A stretch of 30,077 bases of DNA. Source: Methanobacteriota archaeon (GTDB taxonomy: Archaea > Hydrothermarchaeota > Hydrothermarchaeia > Hydrothermarchaeales > JACQPM01). This document shows positions 16,021-23,720 of the stretch, piece after piece. Below the pieces are notes generated by a model, which worked only from the letters and a program-made list of their open reading frames with translations, did no database searches and had not been told where the DNA came from. The translations under genes were made by a program, and so were the position numbers. Numbering within the stretch: position 1 is the first letter of the stretch; each line of letters starts with the position of its first letter. The DNA is taken from positions 1-30,077 of the forward strand of contig JACQPM010000136.1 of the NCBI GenBank assembly GCA_016207475.1, written 5' to 3'.

Positions 16021-16278
16021 ATGCAGGAAAAATTGAGCATGAAGGTCCTGGGCATGTCCCTGGGGGCCCTCTCTTCCATAACGTACGTCCTCTGCGTCCT
16101 TTGGGACATCGCGTTCCCCAGGTACGCGATGAAGGGCGTCTGGTTGAAGCTCCTGCCGGGCTTCACTTGGCTGACCCCGGGGAGCTTCGTCCTCGGGCTG
16201 GTGGAGACCTTCCTTGCAGGGGTCTATGTGGCGGTGGTCTTCGTACCCATATACAACTACCTGCTGGAGAGAGGGTGA
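16021..16278 (+). CDS. DUF5676 family membrane protein (second paralog)
   Basis: LGMSLG..YVLCVLW..FP..W..LLPGFTWLTPGSFVLGLVE..F.P.YN pattern; ATG 16021 after GGTGGT. Confidence 0.75.
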   Translation: MQEKLSMKVLGMSLGALSSITYVLCVLWDIAFPRYAMKGVWLKLLPGFTWLTPGSFVLGLVETFLAGVYVAVVFVPIYNYLLERG

Positions 16279-17501
16279 TGGAAGAATACGATGCAGTGAT
16301 AGTGGGTGGGTCCTTCGCGGGGCTGGCGACCGCTTCCTTCATCCGCTCCGGGAAGGTGCTCCTCCTAGAGAAGAAGAGGGAGATAGGGGCCAGGCAGAGG
16401 TCCACCTGCTGTACCACCGTCGAGGGCATGAAGAGGTTGGGGTGCGAGGGCAGCATCTTGAAGACCTTCGATACCATCACCTTCCACTCCGGCCTGGGAG
16501 CCAGCGCCTCCATTGGGCTGCCCATCCCATTCTGCACCATCGACTACAGGGAGTTCTGCAGGTCCATGGCGGGCAGGCTGGATAGGGCCGAGATAGTGAC
16601 AGACACCACGGTCCTCAGGGTGGAAGGCCCTGGCCTGAAGCTGGTCGTCTGCAAGAATGGTATCTATAGTGGGAAGGTCATAGTAGATTGCAGTGGATGG
16701 AGGGCGGTGACAACGAACCCTCCCGGCAGTCATAAAAAGGTGCAGCTCGCTGGAGCCATAGAGACCGAGACTGAGTACAGCGGTGATACAGATTCCATTC
16801 ACCTCTACTTGGGGAAGAAGTTCGTGGATGGGGGCTATGGCTGGGTCTTCCCCACAGGCGAGGGCAGGGCGCGGATAGGGGTGGGGGGCCTCCACAGATT
16901 CAGCATGCGGAAGACCCTCGATAAGTTCCTCCGTGTCCTGGGCTTGGAGCCCAACGGCTCCAATATCCATTGCGGATACATCCCATGTTTCGGGCTGAGG
17001 GAGCCCGTCGTAGAGGGGATATTCCGTGTTGGAGACGCGGGAGGCCAGGTCCTACCCCTCTCGGCCGAGGGGATAAGGAAGTGCATCCATTATGCCGAAA
17101 TATGCGGTAGCTTGATCACCAACGTCTTGGACGGGGAGATGGACCTACGTACCGCCCAGGAGATATACGAGGTGCAGGTCCATAAGAGCAGAGAGTTCTA
17201 CGAAAATCTCGTCTTCGTCCAGGAGATAGCCTACAGGGCCCCCGACTGGGCGTGGGACTATACAATAAGGGAGCTCTCGGTGGCAGAGGAGAGGGTCCCG
17301 AAGGAGCTCCTGGGCCTCTATTTGGGGGAGGGCCTCACGACCTCCAAGTACGTACTGGCGAAGAAGCTCCTCAGTATTTTGCTCCGCTCCGGCATCAGAA
17401 ATTGGAGACTGGATCTCCCTTCCGGACAGGTTGACCGGTCCCCCTCTAGGGTATGGTCAGAAGATGGTAGATCGAAATGTGGCGTGATCCTGAGAAGATA
17501 A
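16278..17501 (+). CDS. FAD-dependent oxidoreductase, geranylgeranyl reductase family
   Basis: YDAVIVGGSFAG Rossmann start, GGYGWVFP, RVGDAGGQVLPLSAEGI; ATG 16278 overlaps the upstream stop (TGATG), so the track start at 16101 is an over-extension. Confidence 0.85.
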   Translation: MEEYDAVIVGGSFAGLATASFIRSGKVLLLEKKREIGARQRSTCCTTVEGMKRLGCEGSILKTFDTITFHSGLGASASIGLPIPFCTIDYREFCRSMAGRLDRAEIVTDTTVLRVEGPGLKLVVCKNGIYSGKVIVDCSGWRAVTTNPPGSHKKVQLAGAIETETEYSGDTDSIHLYLGKKFVDGGYGWVFPTGEGRARIGVGGLHRFSMRKTLDKFLRVLGLEPNGSNIHCGYIPCFGLREPVVEGIFRVGDAGGQVLPLSAEGIRKCIHYAEICGSLITNVLDGEMDLRTAQEIYEVQVHKSREFYENLVFVQEIAYRAPDWAWDYTIRELSVAEERVPKELLGLYLGEGLTTSKYVLAKKLLSILLRSGIRNWRLDLPSGQVDRSPSRVWSEDGRSKCGVILRR

Positions 17502-17710
17502 GAGGCCTTGTGGAGGAGCTCCTTACAAAAGTCGCAAGAAGGATGGGAGAGGCGCTATCGGTGGCCAATATGGTGCTGGTCATCGATTACAGTTCCAGCT
17601 TTATTGGAGATTCCTTCGCTAAGAGATTGGCTGGCCTGAGGGTAGAAGCCTACTCCATAGACCCTAGGTTCCATCTCTTACCTCTCGTTGCCCCTGGGGA
17701 TATCCTCTGA
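17477..17710 (+). pseudogene. Possible remnant of a uroporphyrinogen decarboxylase/MtaA-family gene
   Basis: MWRDPEKIRGLVEE..ANMVLVIDYSSSFIG resembles an internal segment of that family by eye; short, lower GC, in-frame stop just upstream. Confidence 0.3.
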
Positions 17711-17793
17711 TAGAACCCATCAAGGGCGACCCGACACGGCTGACCCTCGGAAGGGTATCGTTATCCCCCCAGTCATTAGAGAGATAGATGGAA

Positions 17794-17818
17794 GAGGAGG
17801 AGCCTGAAGCTCCTTCTC
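17794..17818 (-). terminator. Stem-loop just after the micro-ORF string
   Basis: GGAGC-CTGAA-GCTCC core extendable to about 10 bp, 11 nt past the SEC-C stop, followed by a pyrimidine-rich run on the minus strand. Confidence 0.3.
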
Positions 17819-17829
17819 CGGTCCCATCA

Positions 17830-17919
17830 TTACATCCCATGCTTCATGCAGCAGTCCTTGTAACTCTTCCCGGAGCCGCATGGGCAGGGGTCATTGGCCC
17901 TTGGCTTGTCTTTTCCCAT
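17830..17919 (-). CDS. Stand-alone SEC-C motif micro-protein, 29 aa: MGKDKPRANDPCPCGSGKSYKDCCMKHGM
   Basis: Textbook SEC-C pattern NDPCPCGSGKxYKxCC; ATG preceded by GAGGGGGG. Confidence 0.75.
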   Translation of the reverse strand: MGKDKPRANDPCPCGSGKSYKDCCMKHGM

Positions 17920-18040
17920 ATCCCCCCCTCATCTCTATGTACCGTTCGTGGAGCGCTGGCACGTACCAGCCCCTCTCCCTCACGAACCTCTCCTTTGACT
18001 CTTCGTAGCTCTCTTCGACCTCAGGTCGGTTTTTGCCCAT
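17891..18040 (-). CDS. 49-aa charged micro-protein MGKNRPEVEESYEESKERFVRERGWY...
   Basis: ATG 18040 after GAGGAGGGGG; overlaps the SEC-C ORF by 29 nt. Confidence 0.45.
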   Translation of the reverse strand: MGKNRPEVEESYEESKERFVRERGWYVPALHERYIEMRGGYGKRQAKGQ

Positions 18041-18054
18041 AGGCCCCCTCCTCT

Positions 18055-18222
18055 TCATAGCCCCGTCTCGTATCTGGGAGAAATCTTCCAATTCCCCGCC
18101 CTCAGCGCCTCTCGGATCTTCTTGAGGGTCTTTCTATCTATCGAACTCTGCTTACCCTTGTTGCCGCCCACGACCGCCATTACGGCGTCGTGGATGTTGA
18201 CCCTCACCTTCCTTCTTTCCAT
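18055..18222 (-). CDS. 55-aa basic micro-protein MERRKVRVNIHDAVMAVVGGNKGKQSSIDRKTLKKIREALRAGNWKISPRYETGL
   Basis: ATG after GAGGGAG; open frame with AGG/AAG/GAG-rich codons like the neighbouring genes. Confidence 0.5.
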   Translation of the reverse strand: MERRKVRVNIHDAVMAVVGGNKGKQSSIDRKTLKKIREALRAGNWKISPRYETGL

Positions 18223-18243
18223 CGATCCGCTCCCTCAATTGAT

Positions 18244-18279
18244 AAAAGAAAAAGCCGGCTGGCAGTGCTGCCAGACGGC
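18244..18279 (-). terminator. GC-rich hairpin followed by a U-tract (intrinsic-terminator-like) within a 17-codon leader ORF (18288-18235)
   Basis: Minus strand GCCG-T-CTGGCA-GCAC-TGCCAG-C-CGGC followed by TTTTTCTTTT. Confidence 0.55.
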
Positions 18280-18523
18280 ATTCTCCATAGGCCTCCTCCC
18301 GCTGTTCAACTTTCGCCCGAGGGAAGTATATACGTTTTTATTTCAAAAGAAGAGCTGGCTATGTTCGAATCTTCCAACATAAACATCCCATGGAGGGCAT
18401 GATTAGAAAATTTAAAAGTTATAGTAGATTTTTTGACAAAGTGAACGCTGAAGCTGTCTCGCCGCTCTCACGATCCCCCGGCTTGCCAAAAAGGATTAAT
18501 ATCTTCACCTCCGATCCTGTAAT

Positions 18524-18817
18524 GTGCTGGGCGAAGGGTCCTGCAAGGTCCCGGGCGGGAAGCTGGTGAGGGTGAGGGTGGAGTACGGCACGACCATCGA
18601 GGGGGTTACCATCACCGGGGACTTCTTCCTCCATCCCGAGGAGGGGATAGGCGCCCTCGAAGAGAGCCTGCAGGGGATGGGGGTTGGGGCAGGCGAAGAG
18701 GCCATGGCCGAGGCCTTGAGGAGGGCCGCCGAAGCCGGGGGCCTGGTGATGGTGGGCATCACCCCCGAGGGGATCGCCAAAGCAGTGAGGGGGGCCCTGC
18801 GGTGCGCTGGCGGGTGA
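18524..18817 (+). CDS. lplB: Lipoate-protein ligase accessory (C-terminal) domain protein, LplB-type
   Basis: KVPGGKLVRV..ITGDFFLHPEE motif; overlaps lplA. Confidence 0.85.
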   Translation: MLGEGSCKVPGGKLVRVRVEYGTTIEGVTITGDFFLHPEEGIGALEESLQGMGVGAGEEAMAEALRRAAEAGGLVMVGITPEGIAKAVRGALRCAGG

Positions 18818-19542
18818 TAGGCCCCGAGACCCGGGACGCCTACTGGAATATGGCGCTCGACGAGGCCGCCTCCGAGGCTCTGGCATCAGGGCTGGTTGGC
18901 CCCACCATCCGCCTCTACCTCTGGCGCCCTGGGGCGGTCTCCATAGGCTACTTCCAGTCCCTGGCCCAGGAGGTGGACAGGGACAGGTGCGGGGCCCTCG
19001 GGATCGACGTGGTGAGGAGGAGGACCGGAGGGGGAGCGGTCTACCACGCCGAGGGGGGCGAAGTGACCTACAGCGTTATCGCCCCCGAAGGGCTCTTCCC
19101 TGGTATAACCGAGTCCTACCGCCTCATCTGCGGCTGGGTCGTGGAGGGGCTGGCCCGCCTGGGGATCAAAGGTGAATTCAGGCCCGTGAACGATATATTG
19201 GTGAGGGGCAGGAAGATCTCCGGAAGCGCCCAGACGAGGCGGGGCGGGATCCTCCACCAGCATGGGACCATCCTCTACAGGTTGGATAAAGGAACTATGT
19301 TCTCCATCCTCAGGGTGGGGAAGGAGAAGCTGGCCGGGAAGGGGATAGAGCGGGCCGAGGCGGGGGTCACATCCGTCTCGGAGCACTCCAAAGCTACCCT
19401 GGAGGAGCTCTGCGCCGCCCTCCAAGCGGGCCTCACGGAGGGGAAGGAGTGGGTCCCCGGTGCCTGGACAGACGGGGAGTTGGAGAGGGCGGAGGAGCTG
19501 GTCCAGAAGTACAGGGATATAGGGTGGAACGGAAGGAGATAG
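18802..19542 (+). CDS. lplA: Lipoate-protein ligase catalytic domain, LplA-type
   Basis: NMALDEA, RRRTGGGAVYH, KISGSAQ, LHQHGTI motifs. Confidence 0.9.
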   Translation: MRWRVIGPETRDAYWNMALDEAASEALASGLVGPTIRLYLWRPGAVSIGYFQSLAQEVDRDRCGALGIDVVRRRTGGGAVYHAEGGEVTYSVIAPEGLFPGITESYRLICGWVVEGLARLGIKGEFRPVNDILVRGRKISGSAQTRRGGILHQHGTILYRLDKGTMFSILRVGKEKLAGKGIERAEAGVTSVSEHSKATLEELCAALQAGLTEGKEWVPGAWTDGELERAEELVQKYRDIGWNGRR

Positions 19543-20769
19543 TTATTTCTCCAGGAAGAGGAGCCCCGGGTTCTCCAGGTGCTCGATGAGCCTGGTGACG
19601 AACCTGGCGGCGTAGGCCCCGTCCGCCACGCGGTGGTCGAAGGATAGGGAGAGGGGTAGGACCTTCCTCACCTCTATCTTCCCGTCCCGGGCCACGGGCC
19701 TCTCGTGGATCTTACCCGTCGCCAGGATGGCGACCTCTGGGTAGTTGACGATGGGGGTGGCGTATGTGCCGCCTATGACCCCGATGTTGGTGATTGTGAA
19801 GGTCCCCCCCTTCAGGTCCGCCAGGTCTATGGTCCTGGCCTGGGCCGCCTTGGCCAGGGCCTCGATCTCCTGGGCGATCTGGAAGATGGACTTCTGGTCC
19901 GCCCCCTTGACGACCGGGACCATGAGCCCCTCGCCCGTGTCCGTGGCGATGCCTATATTATAATATTTCTTCAGGACGATCTCCTCCCCTTCCAGGGTGG
20001 CGTTGAGGTACGGATACTCCTTCAGGGCGGCTATGCAGGCCTTGATTAGGAAGGGGAGGTAGGTCAGCTTGACGCCCTTCCCCTCGGCCTCTTTCTTGGC
20101 CTTCTCCCTGAGCCTGACGAGGGTCGTAACGTCGGCCTCGTCCATGTGGGTCACCCTGGGGACCTTCTCCCAGGACTCGGCCATCCTCCTGGCAGTGGCC
20201 TTCCTTATACCCTTGAGAGGTATCCGCTCGATATAGCCGTACATGTCGTACTTCTTCGTCACCTTGACCGCGGGCTTCTTCTCGGCCGCAGCCCTGACGT
20301 CCCCCTCCGTAACAGCGCCCTCAGGCGCCGTCCCTTGGACCTGCGCCAGGGCTATCCCCAGCTCCGTGGCGAGGCGGCGGGCGGCGGGCGTCGCCTGGAC
20401 GGGACGCTCCTCCGCCTCCTTCTTCTCTACCGCTGCCTTCTCCTCCGGCTTCGCTACCTCTTCCTCCTCGGCCTCCTCCAGGACCCCCACCACGGTGGTG
20501 GAAGGGCGCCGGGCCTCTTCCACCTTGGGCGCCGCGCCCTCCTCCCCCAGGGTCACCAGGACGGAGCCCACCTTGACCGTCTCCCCCTCTCCGTAGTGGA
20601 GCTTGAGGATGGTCCCTGCCTGCGGCACCGGTATCTCCACGATGGCCTTGTCGGTCTCGATCTCCACGAGTGGTTGGTCCTCCTTGACCTTCTCACCTTC
20701 TTTGACCAACCACTTGACTATCTCGCCCTCGGTTATGCCCTCGCCCACGTCAGGGAAGCGGAACTCCAT
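19543..20769 (-). CDS. pdhC: 2-oxoacid dehydrogenase E2 (dihydrolipoamide acyltransferase)
   Basis: Lipoyl domain EIETDKA, E3-binding ATPAARRLA, catalytic FDHRVADG. Confidence 0.95.
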   Translation of the reverse strand: MEFRFPDVGEGITEGEIVKWLVKEGEKVKEDQPLVEIETDKAIVEIPVPQAGTILKLHYGEGETVKVGSVLVTLGEEGAAPKVEEARRPSTTVVGVLEEAEEEEVAKPEEKAAVEKKEAEERPVQATPAARRLATELGIALAQVQGTAPEGAVTEGDVRAAAEKKPAVKVTKKYDMYGYIERIPLKGIRKATARRMAESWEKVPRVTHMDEADVTTLVRLREKAKKEAEGKGVKLTYLPFLIKACIAALKEYPYLNATLEGEEIVLKKYYNIGIATDTGEGLMVPVVKGADQKSIFQIAQEIEALAKAAQARTIDLADLKGGTFTITNIGVIGGTYATPIVNYPEVAILATGKIHERPVARDGKIEVRKVLPLSLSFDHRVADGAYAARFVTRLIEHLENPGLLFLEK

Positions 20770-20778
20770 GGACCCACC

Positions 20779-21756
20779 TCAGTATCGCATCACCCTATCC
20801 ACGGCCCTCATCACCCGGGCCGCGTCCGGTAGATAATACTTCTCCAGCCTGTAGAGTGGGAAGGGGGTGTCGAAACCCGCCACCCGTTCTATGGGCGCCT
20901 TCAGGTAGAGGAGGCTCTTCTCGCCGATGAGGGCGGCCACTTCGGCCCCCAGGCCGCAGGACCGGGGGGCCTCCTGGACTATGACGGCGCGCCCGGTCTT
21001 CTCCACGGAAGCCTTTATGGATTTCGTGTCCAGAGGGGATAAAGTTCGGAGGTCTATGACCTCCGCATCTATCCCCTTGCCCTTCGCCTCCTCTGCCACG
21101 GTTTTGCATAGGGGGACCATGGCACCCCAGGTTATGATGGAGAGGGCGGAGCCCTCTCTCACGACCTTCGCCTCCCCGAGGGGTATCGTATAGTCCCCTT
21201 CGGGGACCTCCTCCTTGAAGGCCCTGTAGATCTTCTTGGGCTCCAGGAAGATCACGGGGTCCGGGTCCCGAATGGCCGCTGCCAGGAGCCCTTTGGTATC
21301 GTAGGGGGTGGAGGGCATCACCACCTTGACCCCCGGGGTGTGTGCGAAGTAGGCCTCGGGTGACTCGGAGTGGTGCTCGGGGGCGTGGATCCCGCCGGAG
21401 CAAGGGGCGCGGACGACCAGCGGGACGCGATAGCGTCCCCTGGAGCGGGTCCTTATCCGCCCGGCGTGGGAGATAATCTGGTCCAGGGCAGGGTAGAGGA
21501 AGCCGTCGAACTGTATTTCGGCAACGGGCCTCATCCCGCAGACCGCCATCCCTATGGAGATGCCCACGATCCCGGACTCGGCCAGGGGGGTGTCTATGAC
21601 CCTCTCCTCCCCGAACTCCTGGAGGAGGCCCTCCGTAGCCCTGAAGACCCCCCCGTTCCTCCCCACGTCCTCCCCCAGGACGACCACCGATTTATCCCTG
21701 GCCATCTCCTCCCGCAGGGCCATGTTCACGGCCTGGACGATGTTTATCTTGGTCAC
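20779..21756 (-). CDS. pdhB: 2-oxoacid dehydrogenase E1 beta subunit
   Basis: GEDVGRNGGVFRAT, DTPLAESG, EIQF, HHSESPE, VIDLRTL. Confidence 0.95.
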   Translation of the reverse strand: MTKINIVQAVNMALREEMARDKSVVVLGEDVGRNGGVFRATEGLLQEFGEERVIDTPLAESGIVGISIGMAVCGMRPVAEIQFDGFLYPALDQIISHAGRIRTRSRGRYRVPLVVRAPCSGGIHAPEHHSESPEAYFAHTPGVKVVMPSTPYDTKGLLAAAIRDPDPVIFLEPKKIYRAFKEEVPEGDYTIPLGEAKVVREGSALSIITWGAMVPLCKTVAEEAKGKGIDAEVIDLRTLSPLDTKSIKASVEKTGRAVIVQEAPRSCGLGAEVAALIGEKSLLYLKAPIERVAGFDTPFPLYRLEKYYLPDAARVMRAVDRVMRY

Positions 21757-22835
21757 TTCCGCCCCTCCGTGAGGGCCTCCCGCAGTTCCTGGAGCTCCTC
21801 CTCCAGATTCTGCGGCATCTCCTCGAAGGTGTACCTGAAGATGTCCTCCACCTCGGGCTCCGGGGTGGCCTCCATCTCCTCCACGGCCTTCCTCACCCTC
21901 TCTTCGGCCTCCTCCTGGACCTTCGCACCGTAATCCTTCGACCAGAGCCCCTTCCCCTCCATGTACTTCCTCAGCCGCTCTATCGGATCTTTCACCCGCC
22001 AGGCCTCCACCTCCTCTTGGCTCCGATACCGAGAGGCGTCGTCGGCGGTGGTGTGGTCCCCCATCCTATAGGTGAGGCACTCGATGAAGGTGGGGCCACC
22101 GCCAGCGCGGGCCTTCTCCAAGGCGTCCAGCGTGGACTTATAGACGGCAAAGACGTCGTTACCGTCCACGCGGACGCCTTCGAAGCCGTAGGCTATCGCC
22201 TTCTGGGCCAGGGTCTCCGCCGCCGTCTGCCTCGTTATGGGGACGCTTATGGCCCACTGGTTGTTCTGGCAGAGGAAGACCACCGGTATTTGAAAAACAC
22301 CGGCGAAGTTCATCCCCTCATGGAAGTCCCCCTTGGAGGTGGCACCGTCACCGAAGTAGACCATGGCCACCCTCTTCTCCTTCCGCATCTTGAAGGCCCA
22401 GGCGGCGCCCACGGCGTGGAGGACCTGGGTCCCTACGGGGATGGCGACGGTGAAGTTGTTCATCCCCTCGGGCATCTGGCACCCCCTCTCGTCCCCTGCC
22501 CAGTACCTGAGGACCATGGCCATGGGGACGCCCCGGACTATGTAGGAGCCGTTCTCCCGGTAGGAGGGGAACATCCAGTCCTCGTCCTCCATGGCGTAGG
22601 CCGAGCCTATCTGGGAGGCCTCCTGCCCCAGGACCGGGGCGTAGGTCCCTATCCTCCCCATCCTCTGGAGCTTGACCGCCTTCTCGTCGAAGGTCCTCAC
22701 CAGGACCATGAACTCGTAGAGCTCCTTTATCTCCTCCCCGGTGAGGTCAGGCATCAGTCCCTCGTCGCACCGCCCCTCCTCGTCCAGGACCTGGAGGTAG
22801 GGGACCTCGAATTTCCTGATTATCTCCTTAGGCAT
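21753..22835 (-). CDS. pdhA: 2-oxoacid dehydrogenase E1 alpha subunit (pyruvate or branched-chain specificity unresolved)
   Basis: TPP motif GDGATSKGDFHEGMNF..QNN, YRMGDHTTADD, DPI. Confidence 0.93.
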   Translation of the reverse strand: MPKEIIRKFEVPYLQVLDEEGRCDEGLMPDLTGEEIKELYEFMVLVRTFDEKAVKLQRMGRIGTYAPVLGQEASQIGSAYAMEDEDWMFPSYRENGSYIVRGVPMAMVLRYWAGDERGCQMPEGMNNFTVAIPVGTQVLHAVGAAWAFKMRKEKRVAMVYFGDGATSKGDFHEGMNFAGVFQIPVVFLCQNNQWAISVPITRQTAAETLAQKAIAYGFEGVRVDGNDVFAVYKSTLDALEKARAGGGPTFIECLTYRMGDHTTADDASRYRSQEEVEAWRVKDPIERLRKYMEGKGLWSKDYGAKVQEEAEERVRKAVEEMEATPEPEVEDIFRYTFEEMPQNLEEELQELREALTEGRK

Positions 22836-23685
22836 CCTGACCCTCCAGGAGGAGCGCAGCCTTGTAGGAGGACCTTACGAGAGGGCCCGCGGATATCCTC
22901 AGGCCCATCCTCCGCCCTTCCTTCCCCAGCTCCTGGAACTCCTCCGGCGACCAGTATCGCACGACCTCCCTCTGCCAAGGGCCGGGGCGGAGGTACTGCC
23001 CCAGGGTGACTATGTAGACCCCAGCCGCCCTCATGTCGGCCATGGCCTGGATGATCTCTTCTCTGGCTTCCCCCAGGCCGAGCATCAGGGAGGATTTTGT
23101 GTATATCCCTGGGTCGAGGGCCTGGGCGTCCCTGAGGACCTGGAGGGAGCGCCTGTAGCCGGCCCTCCGATCCCTCACTTCCTCCTGCAGCCTCTCCACC
23201 ACCTCTATGTTGTGGGCCAGGACCTTCGGTCCCGCTTCTACGACCTTCCGCAGGGCCTGCCTCTCCCCCTGGAAGTCAGGGACGAGGGCCTCCACCTCTG
23301 CACCGATGGCTTTCACCGCCCTCACGCACTCTGCGATATGCCCGGCCCCGCCGTCGGGGAGGTCGTCCCTGGTGACGGAGGTTATTACCACGTAGCGGAG
23401 GGCTAGGGCCTCAACGCACCTAGCAAGCCTCTCTGGCTCCGTCGGATCGGGCGCCTCCGGCGCTCCCTTCTCCACGGCACAGAACCGGCAGCCCCTGGTG
23501 CATACGCGCCCCAGTACCATGAAGGTGGCCTCCCCGGCCCCCCAGCACTCCCCCGCGTTGGGGCACCGGGCCGAGGCGCAGACCGTCTCCAGGTTATGGG
23601 CCCGCAGCATCTCCCGGGTCCTGTGATACTCCACCGGCGGGGGCCTGATCCTGAGCCAGGTTGGCTTCCGCAAAGTCCCCTCCAT
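22828..23685 (-). CDS. lipA: Lipoyl synthase (radical SAM)
   Basis: CX4CX5C (CASARCPNAGEC), CX3CX2C (CTRGCRFC) and C-terminal RSSY; the start at 23685 avoids overlap with the dehydrogenase gene upstream. Confidence 0.93.
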   Translation of the reverse strand: MEGTLRKPTWLRIRPPPVEYHRTREMLRAHNLETVCASARCPNAGECWGAGEATFMVLGRVCTRGCRFCAVEKGAPEAPDPTEPERLARCVEALALRYVVITSVTRDDLPDGGAGHIAECVRAVKAIGAEVEALVPDFQGERQALRKVVEAGPKVLAHNIEVVERLQEEVRDRRAGYRRSLQVLRDAQALDPGIYTKSSLMLGLGEAREEIIQAMADMRAAGVYIVTLGQYLRPGPWQREVVRYWSPEEFQELGKEGRRMGLRISAGPLVRSSYKAALLLEGQDA

Positions 23686-23720
23686 AGCAGGTAATTGGCG
23701 ATAAGGGATAAAAAAGTTTC

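Noticed and set aside
18363-18375. GTTCGAATC-TTCC resembling the tRNA-Leu T-arm, as a degenerate att site closing an island from 3441
   Set aside because: Only 9 nt match exactly, within chance for this window, and no integrase is present; an island boundary cannot be supported.
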